Origin: Nemertoderma westbladi
Lineage: Eukaryota; Animalia; Xenacoelomorpha
Direction: 5' to 3'
DNA length: 64,000 nt
NCBI GenBank assembly: GCA_032718475.1
Contig: JAUCBJ010001932.1
Location: 1-64,000 of the forward strand
Shown here: positions 1 to 11,748 of the stretch, one piece after another
How positions within the stretch are numbered: position 1 is the first letter of the stretch
How the letters are laid out: each line of letters begins with the position of its first letter
The notes under the pieces: model-generated
The model's database searches: none
What the model was told of the DNA's origin: nothing
What the model saw: the letters and a program-made list of their open reading frames with translations, nothing else
Position numbers and translations under genes: made by a program

Positions 1-416
1 ATCTCTGTGGAATGCGAGTATGAAGTAGAAGAAGATAACTTGGGACAAACATATTTACCAAAAGGGAACATTACTGATGAAAGCAGTGGTGATGGTGATT
101 TAGAATTCTCAGTAAATATTTACCAAATCTCAAATGATTCAGCAGATGCCAGCGAATCAGAATTAGGTGAAAAGCTCAAACTAGTTGCAACTCTTCATTC
201 TGATGATTTTGAACTTGAAATATTTATTGAAAATTGTTATGGATTACCCTCAAATGAAGCTGAAAAGACAGATGATGTGCCTGTTCACTATCTCGTGGAA
301 CAAGGTTGTGCTGTTGATGAGACAGTGGAATTCCAGGAAGAATCAGACAATCACCAGGAGTCGTTCACTTTTACTACCTTTGAGTTTACAGATGGGTCGA
401 AATATGTTGATATAAG
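1..416 (+). CDS. Internal exon of a zona pellucida (ZP) domain protein (end of ZP-N, linker, most of ZP-C); 5' part lies outside the window
   Basis: Open frame with ZP pattern CEY...IENCYGLP...HYLVEQGCAVDETV...FTFTTFEF, ending at a canonical donor AG|GTAAGT (416/417, phase 2). Confidence 0.85.
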
Positions 417-1366
417 GTAAGTCGATGACATGACTTACCTTTGAGTTGAGATTTAACTTGCAAATAGGAAATCATTGACAATTATTTATATTTCGGTTTA
501 TAGATAGTAAATACAAGGTAAGGTAAGATAAAATTTATGATACTAACATCTTAGTACTAGAAACTGACTTGGTTGTTTAAATTTAAGAATATAGACGAGA
601 ATAGATAATATATTAATGGAGTTTTAGTATGTTCGGGCTATATTTTGGGAATCAAATGTTTTGTGATAGACCAAAGGTAGCACTTACAAAATCGGTTCTA
701 GACGAACCCAAATGGCCATGTTTTACAAAACCAATACTCACGATTGTATCCCTAAAGCTGCTGAACATTTTGGTATAGGTTTGATGACAATTGACTAAAA
801 AAAATGTAGTAGGTATTGTGTAGTGGTGAAAAAAGTCAAAATCGACAAACTGAGAAAGAGGTTGTTTTATTAAGAGAGTCATGAATATCACCTTAAATAC
901 TGTTGTTGAAAAGTGCTGTTTTGTGGTCAAAAAATCACTCAATGGTGAAAACCGATGTGACAACATGAAATGAAAGCCCTTCTATCGAACTACAAAAACA
1001 TATTTTTTTTTAATTTTGTAAATTTTCGAAATGTTCCTCTGGCCCCTTTAACTATCTACCACCACCCCCCTTGGAATAGGGGTTCAATTCGTAATGTTGC
1101 TTCTGCTTCTTTCGCACACTTCCTAGTTAATAATGGCCAATTTTACATTTTAGTTCAATTTTAACTTCATATATGCGGTCCATCATGCATAATAATTTGT
1201 AGTCTGTAACAGTAATTTTTATGGAGTTGGACTGAAGCAAAATAATTGTTGTTTAGAAATTTTGGTATTTTTTTCGTGAATGTAGAAAGTTAAATTACCC
1301 CTTTTCATTAGATGTCATGGGCCCGAACATATCTAAATTATAGTTAATTTCAATTAATTTTAACAG

Positions 1367-1505
1367 ATGTGATCTGGTTACTTGTGAATCCGATGATTAC
1401 ACCTCTAGATGCCATGAAGGCTGTCCAAAGGAAATTAGTGAAGTTTCCAATGACAATGGAGTCAGAAAGAGGGCAAGAGGAATATCCGCAAATTATTTTG
1501 TTTAG
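1367..1505 (+). CDS. Probable last coding exon of the ZP-domain protein
   Basis: Acceptor ttttaacAG at 1366 in matching phase gives R-CDLVTCESDDYTSRCHEGC-PKEISEVSNDNGV-RKRAR-GISANYFV*, i.e. terminal ZP-C cysteines plus a furin-type basic site. AATAAA follows near 1565. Confidence 0.8.
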
Positions 1506-1939
1506 TTTGGTTCAATAATAGAAATTCAAATTGTTGGTGGTGGTGGTGTGACTGTTCTTGGTAAAATAAATAATATAGGTGAAATTGTAATAAAGAAACT
1601 AAGTTGAGAAAAAAAATTAAAAATAGTTTAAAAAATACATTCCAGACTACTGTCAATAATAAGGGATTCCTGCTTAGATGTGTTTAGGTGGTTCGTTGTC
1701 TTGGCTCTTGTGGTCGTAACTACGGATGAAATATACTTTTTTCCGGAAATTTTCTTGAAAAACATAGTTCTGGAAAACTCACATCCTTATATTAAACTAG
1801 GAAATTAGAAATTTGTAGCATGTTCCAGTTTATATCAGTATAAATACATGTGATAAAAAAATACAAGAATCGAAGGTGAAAAAAATATAATTTCATCATT
1901 CTGTGTCAATATTCAAAATTGCTATTTTCTGTTTCAATT

Positions 1940-2690
1940 AGGTCAAAAGCCCTAGCCAACTCGATCTCCCTGCCACACTCCGGAGACTGGCTCCACACCA
2001 TCCCTTCTGAGAGCCTAGGTCTCAATTTCCTCGATGCCGAGTTTCGGTACTCGATGTACTACTGGCTTGGAGTGCGTATGAGCTCTACTGCATCCCCTTG
2101 CACCATTTGCGGCTCGTCCGCAGACCCCTATGGAGATCACCATGTTGGTTGCAGTGGTGAGGGGGACCGGATTGCCCGTCACGACTCACTCCGGAACGCT
2201 GTATTCTTAGCTGCTCAATCAGCAGCCTTAGCGCCCCTGAGTGAAGTGCCAGGCCTCATTCCAGGTTCCCACAGCCGCCCCGACGACATTTTCCTACCGA
2301 ATTGGCATCATGGTTGGCCAATAGCCCTAGATGTCACAGTGATTTCCTCCCTGCAGGCCTGAACTGTAGATCGTGGTGCTGCTGATGCAGGCCACGCCCA
2401 ATCCATCGCCAGAGACCGCAAGCTTGCTGCTCACTTGGTTGAGTGCAGGAAATCCGGAACAGGCTTCACCCCACTTGTGGTTGAAGCCCTAGGGGGATGG
2501 GATTCCCACTCATCCTCCACCATCCGTGAGATTGCCAGACTGCAAGGTCTCAGACGAGGAATCTCTACAGGAGAAGCCATTCGCCACCTCTTCCAACGGC
2601 TCTTTCTCTCCTTGTGGCGCGGGAACTCTGCAATGTGGTTGCGTAGAATCCCTACGCTCCACCCCTCTGTGGATGGTGTCCGTTAATTAT
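1940..2690 (+). mobile_element. 3' fragment of a CRE-like non-LTR retrotransposon (CCHC plus restriction-like endonuclease domain)
   Basis: CTICG...DHHVGC, RHD, RPDDI...ALDVTV, PLVVEALGGW, LWRGNS motifs; one in-frame stop at 2360-2362 separates the two listed ORFs. Confidence 0.75.
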
Positions 2691-3944
2691 TTAATTACTG
2701 TAATGATATGTTATATTATTGGACTCAAAAGAAAATTACAATAGTGCCGAAAATTGGGGATAATGTGTTGAGAAATTCGAGTCAATAAACTTTTGAGAAG
2801 GAAGTAATATCCTATAAAAAAGTTGCACGAGCATCATCTAAAATGGAGAAAGAAAGATATGAAAATGCAACTAGAATATTTTGATCAGATGATGAAGAAA
2901 ACTTTGAAAATGTTACTTAATGGACCATTTCGACGATAATGGGCAGATCTTTACAATATTTAGAGTTATAATCCTGTAACTTGATCTTTTATTTAATTTA
3001 AAAAAAAATTTGTCCGTTCAGTTCTGTTCCGGTTCGGCTCCTCTATAGTTCGGTTGATCCCTATAGTTGTGGGATCGTGGTGGGGGGCTCCCTGTGATGG
3101 GGGCCTGGGCCTCAGCCACACACCCCCCCTCCTAAATACGGCCCTCTTTAATAGGTTTTGATAGATTAACATCTTCAATAAACACAATCCTGTTAGTTGA
3201 ATATAGGGATCCATTTGTTGCACCCTTCCAGATGTGCCTCCTGGGTTAGGTTAACTAGTCTTGATAGAGAAGCATCCAATATAGACAGAGGGGCATACGG
3301 CCCTCCTAATTCAAAACCGAAAACTAACTATCTGTAACTGAAAAAACGTAGTTTTGAGTAAAATTGAGCTAAAGTTAACGGATCAGCACGGCAACATCAG
3401 AACATCTGCAGTCCAGTATTTATGCTAAAATATCGAGGAGTAGTATGTCTAGCTATCCAAAGACGACAGTATGTCAAAATAACACGAGCTATGGATTTGC
3501 ACTAGTGTTTCGCAAACTTGTGCGGTTTTATCTTAGTATCATCAGTTAACATTCACTCTTCACCTCCATATACTACTATGCCAAAAAGAAGTAATATAAT
3601 TAGGAAGACTGGCTAGTACTAATATATGGATCTTTGAACTATTAGTTCCTAAAGTATTCCACATTCAGGTTTCCAATAAAAATCTAAAAATTATAATATA
3701 TATATATATTATAATTATATTTTCAAAATGATAGAACGCGATTGCAAATTACATTAACATTGAACGAGTTAGAGAACTGAACTCTTTTATATGCGATATG
3801 GTAGGCCTATACAGCACATTTATCAGTTTATTATGTCCGCGTTTAAAATTAATATGTAGTATTATTACGTTACATTTACAATAGTAATGACCCCAGTTCT
3901 ATAATTAGGCATACGATGAAATCAAATCGGGAGCCACAGCATTC

Positions 3945-5812
3945 AGCAGCAATTCATGCAGCTCGTTCAACCTAATTGGTTCGGACCACAGAACTGTGAC
4001 TGCAGAGATCAGACTCAGTTTGAGAGCCAGCAAACCCAGGACAAGCAAGCAAATCAACTATGACTGGGGAAACTCAGAACTGACAATGCAGTAAAGGATG
4101 CTTACACAGTAGAAGTTCAAAACCGCTTTGAAGCACTTCAGTCAATGGATGAAGACCAGTCCACCGATTCAATATACCAGAATATAATAACAGCCCACAA
4201 GGAATCAGCTAAGAGGCATATCCCCCAGAAACCCAAACGAAAACAGTATGTGCCATGGCAAAACTCTGAGGTTACTTGTAAGAGAGAAGATATTAAGATG
4301 GCCTACAAAGTTGAAACCAAACAACCAACAACAGAAAACATTAACAAGGTTGAGAAAGCTAAGGACGATCTTAAATTGGCCTACAACATCAGCCAGGAAA
4401 AGTACATACAGGATAAAATTGAAGCAATTGTTCGCAGTATTTCAATTTGCCATAACGCGAGTTAAATATTTTTTGGATTTATTTATTATGAATTTTTTCC
4501 AATATCGGTACTGGGTGCGGGAACATAAAATTTGGGCATATTCAATGGATTAGGGGCGATTTATGGGCGAATATTGGGGCGACTTACGGGGCACGGAACT
4601 CATATCAGATATTTAAGGGCCAAGGGTGGGAGGTAAAATCAAGCAGTACTTTAGGTGTCAGGGTTGCCTGATACTTATTTAGGCCTAGACAACCTCCTTC
4701 TACTTCGGTAGTTGGTAACCCGCTAGGCCTGGGGACAAGGACTGCCCTTAGCGGTTCCTGGCCACCAGCAGCGATTATGAGCCTGAAAAGGATTCGGAAA
4801 GCTTGCTGATTGCGCCAGGGATTTGCGACGGGAACTGACAGATCCTTAGCGGTCCCTGGCCACCAGCAGCGACTACGAGCCTGAAAAGGATTCGGAAAGC
4901 TTGCTGAATGCGCCAGGGACTTGCGAAGGATCGACCGACTGGATGAAGGAAGGGTTCGACGAGGACTGACTTCCTGGAGTGGGTTCCACGACCGGCATTA
5001 CTACGAGCCTGAAAAGGATTTGGAAAGATCCGACAGGTGGGACTCACAACGGGGCGACAGACCCCTAGCCAAGCCGTACCGCTTTCCTGATGACCGATCC
5101 CTTCGGGGTTTGGGAAGGGTGGGACGGACACGCAACAGGGTCGACCGACCTGACAGACCCTTAGCCAAGCCGTACCACTTTCCTGATGACCGATCCCTTC
5201 GGGGTTCGCGAAGGGTGGGATGGACACGCAACAGGGTCGACCGACACTGACACTACGGTGCCGGGACTAGGACCGAGGGAAAATGGGGATCATTAGTTAG
5301 GTTAAAATCTGAAAGCGAACAGTGGGTAATTAAATAATGTACTGTAGGAATTTATATATTCGTGTATTATTGTGAATATTTGGTATATTGGTGTGGGGAA
5401 GCCCAAATTATTCTCAATCAGGGTTCAATCAGAGTTCAAGTTACATTAAAAGATTATATTCAACCAATGCAGCCTTTTCTCTACTCGCAATCCTGCATCT
5501 TAGGTAATATCTCCTTCTCCACTCCCAATACCCGGTGACTGGCCGGAATCAAGTGGTCTGAAAATTCCGCCACCAGCATCGGCGTTTTCCCCCCTGGTGT
5601 CGGGAATAACGGCAATAGCAATTGCAACTGCTCACATACAGCAACAATCAAGACTTACATGGCAAACTGTAAATGAGGTATCTGGTCGGAAAAGTTGTGC
5701 AAAGGGGCGCCTCAAAGCCGATAGTCCTGAAGAACGTGTTGGGAAGTGGAAAAATCACTTCAGCAACTTGCTTGGGCAGCCACCAAACATCGAGGTCAGC
5801 CCTACAAGGAAA
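3945..5812 (+). mobile_element. RTE-clade LINE fragment (EN-RT linker), split by the 4429-5617 insertion
   Basis: High similarity to the minus-strand copies at 29.5-31.2 kb and 40.6-44.8 kb (TWQTVNEVSGRKSCAKGRLKADSPEE); the sequence resumes after 5617. Confidence 0.8.
4429..5617. mobile_element. About 1.19-kb insertion, possibly a solo LTR, with internal ~98-bp and 96-bp tandem duplications
   Basis: Interrupts the RTE copy. GCAAT is duplicated at 4424-4428 and 5618-5622 with termini TGTT...AATA; alternatively the TSD is the 8-bp AGCAATTG. Confidence 0.55.
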
Positions 5813-5849
5813 ATAGAGGCTATCTGTAACAACGCAGCACCTAATCTGA

Positions 5850-7860
5850 TGGGAGAGGCATCACACTGGAGGAAAGTAGCATGTTGACATTATAGTACTT
5901 TAATACAGGGGCAGTTGTAAGTAGTTCTTTCAGTTTCATAAATGCTGAATCACATGCAGGTGACCAATAAAACATGTATGGATTATTAAAGCATGGATTT
6001 CAATAACTCACGAATTGGTAATGTCAAGTCGCTGAAGTTGAGAATAAATTTTCCCAAGTAGGTAGCCATACCTGCTAGAAGATGACGGCAATCTGCCACA
6101 GAAGATGGTGTAGACATATCCTTTATGGCTGATATCTATATATCTATTTATGGCTTTATAGCTTCTCTGGATCAGGTTCAATACCAGTGCCAGAAAGACG
6201 GTGGCCTAAGTAGGTTATTTCAGTCTTATGAAATTCACATTTGCTAGGTTGTAGAGAAATGTGAAGTTTCCGGCAGAGGTCTGTAATTTCCTTCACTAGA
6301 AAATCATGTTCTGCAAGGGTGCTTGTATGAATTAGAATATCGTCTTCAAGAACAATTACATTCTTAAATTGACTAACTGATTGATACATTTTTTATGATA
6401 AAGTTCAGGGGCAGGCGAGATCCCAAAAGGGAGCCGAATGTACCTGAATGTCCCAAAGGGTAACATGAAGGTTGTGAGTTTACTAGACTCTTTGTCTAGT
6501 TTAATCTAGTTAAACCCACTCTTAGGATCCAACTTAGAGAAATAACAACTCCCTTCTATTTCTGCGAAGAGTTCCTCGGGGGTAGGTATGAGGACTCTCT
6601 GTCTTACTAAATTCTTATTTAAAACTCTTAAATATAGACAATGGAAGTGGCGACTTACTCATGAAAGCACATAAATTTTTCCATTAGGTTTACATGGTTG
6701 TACTAGTTTAGTGGAAACGAGCCGACTTGGGATAATAGTGAATGGAGAACCTGTATCGACCAGGAAATTCATATTAAGACTAGAGTTTGGTCCAGAAACC
6801 TTTATTTCTATGAACCATTCATTAACCCCAGCTCCGGTGCTGCTACACGAATGAATGCAGTTATCGTTTAGGGGACTACAGTTCACTGAACTAATACAGT
6901 AAAGGGAACTATAAACATCTTCATCCTCGTATTCTGGAAGTATTTCACTTTGAAATCTCATCATTATCCGACAATCCTGCATCTCCCAGAGAGATTCTAG
7001 CAACATCTTGGTTAAAGTTAACATTGTTTCTACCTGATTGTCTACAATGGAATCCACTAGATGATCCATGGCCTCGAGAGAACTGCTGGGACAGCCCACT
7101 ACGCAGCGAGCGGTCGTTGGAAGATTTCTTGCACAGAGGCGATCCTGGGTAATGATGAAGTTCACCAGAAATTCTGCAATACGAGCCATCGGTCATACGA
7201 TGGGCAGGCTCCCTTTTTGAGATCTGCAGCAGAATCGACAGTTGCTTATCATTAGTCGACCCATCTGTTGCTGCTGATTTGTCAATTAATTTGCATTAGC
7301 TCGGTCAGAATTTACTCGATGTTGGAGGTGGGTTTGTTGTACCGCCATAACATCCTGAGCTTTAGACGCTACACCACATGTGTCTGAAGAACCTAGTTCA
7401 TCATGACCTGCCACTGCTGCTTCGAAAAAACCAGCCAATTTCTTAATTTGCTGCACGGCCGCATTCGAAGATTATGGAAGGAGTTGCTTGTGAAGATAGT
7501 CATCTCGAATACCCGCAATAAATGTATCTCATAGACGTGTTTCTGGAGTTTCAGACTCCAGATCACATATGCCAGCCAACTACAGTAGTGCAGTAAAATA
7601 ATATGCAATTGTTTCTCCCTGAGCTTGTTTACGTTTTCCAAAACTTCGTTCAGGAGCAAAATATTCCTCAAGATCTGTTAATACATTGTCCAGAGTTTTC
7701 GGGCGCTCTGCTATATATTCAAAGTTTTGTTTAGCAATCCATTGTGGTGCTTCCCAATACAAGTCATTAGTGCCCAAACCTTTTTAGATTCTGGAATATC
7801 CTCCGCCCGAAGTTCATAGCGTCAGCCCAGTATTAAAAATACTGTCGCTAGTCGCCAAAT
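5850..7860 (-). mobile_element. Decayed Ty3/Gypsy internal region (gag, protease, RT, start of RNase H)
   Basis: FLVDTGS protease, RLPFGISPAPE and LEDDILI...SKCEFHKTEITYLGH RT motifs; many stops and frameshifts; PBS-like TGGCGACTAG ending at 7857; no LTR recognised. Confidence 0.8.
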
Positions 7861-8035
7861 TCCATTGCCATGTCTTGCGCTCCCATTTCCAGTGGAGTCG
7901 GTGCCGGATATTTCGCCATAATATAATATAATATTATTAAGAAAAAAAAACCAATACGTATACACATAGTCGTAGATAGGTACACACTGCGACAATGTAG
8001 TATGCCGGCCCGGGTACCATAGTATGGTACAGTAG

Positions 8036-8510
8036 TGTTTACACTCGATGCACCGACACCAGTAAATGCTCGGGGTGTTTACACTCATACATGCACCGAC
8101 ACCAGTAAATGCTCGGGGTGTTTACACCCATACATGCACCGACACCAGTAAATGCTCGGGGTGTTTACACTCATACATGCACCGACACCAGTAAATGCTC
8201 GGGGTGTTTACACTCATACATGCACCGACACCAGTAAATGCTCGGGGTGTTTACACCCATACATGCACCGACACCAGTAAATGCTCGGGGTGTTTACACT
8301 CATACATGCACCGACACCAGTAAATGCTCGGGGTGTTTACACTCGTACATGCACTGGCACCAGTAAATGCTCGTGATGTTTACACTCATACATGCACCGA
8401 CACCAGTAAATGCTCGGGGGGTTTACACTCGATGCACCGGCACCAGTAAATGCTCATGATGTTTACACTCATACATGCACCGACACCAGTAAATGCTCGG
8501 GGTGTTTACA
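8036..8510. repeat. 43-bp minisatellite, about 11 copies
   Basis: Unit TGCACCGACACCAGTAAATGCTCGGGGTGTTTACACTCATACA, period 43. Confidence 0.95.
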
Positions 8511-9019
8511 GTACCGCCCCCCCCCCCACCCCCCCCCCCCCCGGCTATGCTACATTATTGTGCTTTGGGTAACTTCACCTCCTAAGAAACCTAATTAATT
8601 ACTGATGTAATATGAACATTGACCATAAATCTACTAATCTACTAATGGTTTTCCATTTTGAGTGAAATAATTGTTTTACGATGTGCTGTGCCTGTAATTT
8701 TTCAATTATAATTCCATTGTTGAATTTATTGTTTACTTAAACTTTTACTTTAATTTACTTTTTACTTAAATCTTTACTTATTGTTTAAAACAGATTTCAT
8801 TATCAATGGTTGGGGAGCCCACCGTTCAATGAATAATAGAGTTTAAAAGATTCATTTTCATACCCGTTCACGTTGAGAGGCCTTTTGTTTTGACAATATT
8901 ATACCTGATATTATAATGTTTCATATTTATTCACCTTTAAGACGACGGATATTGGAAATAAGACAGACTGACTGACAAACATTGGCTAATTATAATTCTG
9001 GGGCGAGCCACAGAGTGAG

Positions 9020-9790
9020 TCTTAGCATAAAGTTTAGTACAGGCCAAATCGGCATTGTACATCTCGTCCCTTTCATTTTCAAACAAACTAAATAATAAAA
9101 TTGACTTTTCCTGTAAAACGGCATTTTTGATTCTAATTTTGTTTTGGAGTAAAATTAACTGGGTTTTGACATATTGGTAATCTTATGTGATTTGAAATAA
9201 AAAAAAATACATTGTGTTTGAAAAAAATGGAATTATGTCACATATTAGGTAGGAAACTATGTATACAGATACGTGTGATATTGTGTGATATTTCCTACTT
9301 ATATCAGAGTGTTGTATGCTGGGTCCGATAAGAGGGTTTCAAAATGCGAAGCCAAGTCATTGGTACATGGCATAATATCAGCATTGCCCACATTTTCAGA
9401 ATCAATTTTTCCTTTCCAATTTATTCTGCTCCATAACATTTTGAGGTCGTTACTATTTACCAAGGCAGCCCAGTGGTTAATTTCGTATTGCAATCTTTCT
9501 GCAATATTTTTGAACTTCGAGCTGCGTCATAGAGAGCTGTGCTAAAACTTGCAGCAAATTTTATGGGGTCAGAAATATTACTTACTGTTTGTAATTTATC
9601 ATGCAAGAACTGATCGAATCTGAGGGGGTCAATAAGTGATAGCGCTGTGATGAGTTTCTACCCGCTCCTCAGAATTATCATAATTTTGGAGCAAAAGGTT
9701 GATTTATGCAATAGATTATCTGATTCAAATACGAAGAAGGGCAATGGAATGGACAATGGCTCGAAGGACAATGTCAAACTTATTGCAGCA
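9020..9790 (-). mobile_element. Highly decayed LINE ORF2 fragment (EN-RT linker region)
   Basis: DLKMLWSRINWKG...ASHFETL resembles the LINE linker upstream of RT; many disablements. Confidence 0.4.
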
Positions 9791-10500
9791 TATGGTCAGA
9801 AGTAAGAGTTAAAGAAAATAAGATAAAAGAGAGGAAGAGAGAAAGAAGAGGAAGAGCACAAAAGTGATTCACTGACCAAAGCACGGTGACGCTTAAATGT
9901 TAGGCCACCAACTAAAACAATGTTATTGGGTAGGGTAAGGTAACTTAGGTTCGATAGATTAACCATCAGTATACCAGTAATATCGATAGAAATGTAGTAT
10001 TATTCAAACCAGCCTTTATCTTCTAAATTGGCCCCTGATAATATTCAGTTCCTCACTTATCTAATACTAATATACATTATACTACTGGACTGCAGACTCC
10101 TAGTGAGTGGTGAATGGAATGGAAGGTATGGCAGGGTGCGATTATAACAGTGCCGGAGCAGGGACCGTCGGTGTCGGTTATGACATTGCCGGAAATCAAA
10201 ACGTGAACTATGTCTATTTAGAGCGACAAGCCGAATGGAACGAGGAATACATGGAGCAATCCTTGCAACTCCAACACGGTGCTGGAAGTGGAACAAACCC
10301 AGCCTGTTACGATAGACGGATACGTGGAGAGTCGCCCACTGCTTGGGTAGCAAACAACTCGGATTCAGATGTTTACGTGGCCGGGGCCACGTCAGTTGCT
10401 GGAGGGAAGTCGACGGCGGCAAGGGCGAAGAGATCTAGGGTAAGCAGCAGCGGAAGGTCCGCTGGTCCCATAGGTCTAGATCTAGATCAAAACCATCTAG

Positions 10501-11748
10501 GAGAAGATAGCTGGCAGTCAGTACCGCATTGTCGACGACTTCCCGGCAGAAATGCGGCAACAAAGAGACACGTTATTCCAACTGGCTCGAGATGCGAAAC
10601 AACAGAATCTATCAGCCCGTGTTTCAGGTAATAATCTTAGAATAGGTGACAAATCAATCAGTGGATGGGACATTTTCGGGAAGGAAAATGTTACTCTCGA
10701 TCAGGTTTTATCGAAGGAGTCGTCCGAGAGTCGTCCGAGTCGATACCAGATTCCGCAGAACGGAATACGATCACAGATTGCCCAGCGAAGTTTCCCGGCG
10801 AGTCGACAGGGACGTGGTATGTACGAGTACAACAGGTTCCAACAAGGAAGGGACACACTAAATGATAGTAATCAAGCATTTGATTATCAGTACAATAGGG
10901 ATCGGAGAGGTTACACAATCGATGAACGAGGTTACCGTAATTCATTTGGTTCCATAGTGCCGCCGGCGCACACTACAGGGCCACCCACGCAACGCACGGG
11001 GTCGCACGCGCCCACAGTTACAGGGCCGCCCGTGCAACGCACGGGGCCGCCCATGCAGCGCACGGGGCCGCCCGCGTTCACTGCAAGGCCGCCCGCATTT
11101 ACTGCAAGGACGCCCATGCAACGCACGGGGCCGCCTGCGCCGACTACAAGGCCGCCCATGCAACGCACTGGGCCGCCCGCGCCCACTTCAGGGCCGTCCG
11201 CGCCTACTACTACAGTTCTGCCAGCTCAACGCATGAGGCAGCCCGCGCCCACTATGGGGCAGCCCGCGCCCACTACGCCCGCGCCAACGAGCACAACTGT
11301 GTCCTCTTCTTCGGTCACCAGGTCTACTATAGAACTAGATCCGCTCGTGCACATTGAAGAGTCAATCTGCGAGGCTGAAATGGATGCCACAGAATATCAA
11401 CAACAGGGTATTATACAATCTGAGAAGGTTGAAAATGCTGGGGCGCAGACGCCAATTACAGTTCAGCTTCAACGATCACTGAATTCTACTCCTTCAAATC
11501 CCGAATGGATAATAATTCCCGGCAAATACTCACAACCTCTGTCTGGTTCTGATGATACTGCTGGTAGACCTCAAGAGGGTTCTCGGGTCTCTAGTTTGCA
11601 TCTTCACAACGCGTTCGACGTGCTGGGTGAAGAAGAAGGCTCACTCGATCAGCCAGCCAATGAGCCGGAAGAAGGCTCTCTCGATCAGCCAGCCAATGAG
11701 ACGGGAGAAGGGCACCCCGGAACGTGCGATCCACAACCCAACGGTTGA
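10501..11748 (+). pseudogene. LINE ORF1 remnant: L1-type C-terminal domain followed by a Pro/Thr-rich repeat extension
   Basis: GSQYRIVDDFPAEMRQQRDTL...ARVSGNNLRIG resembles the ORF1 CTD; in-frame stop at 10498; QRTGPP repeats at about 10970-11280. Confidence 0.55.

Noticed and set aside
8036-8510. Regular short repeats resembling a CRISPR array (also the 50-, 64- and 29-bp arrays)
   Set aside because: Head-to-tail units with no unique spacers, no cas genes, eukaryotic context.
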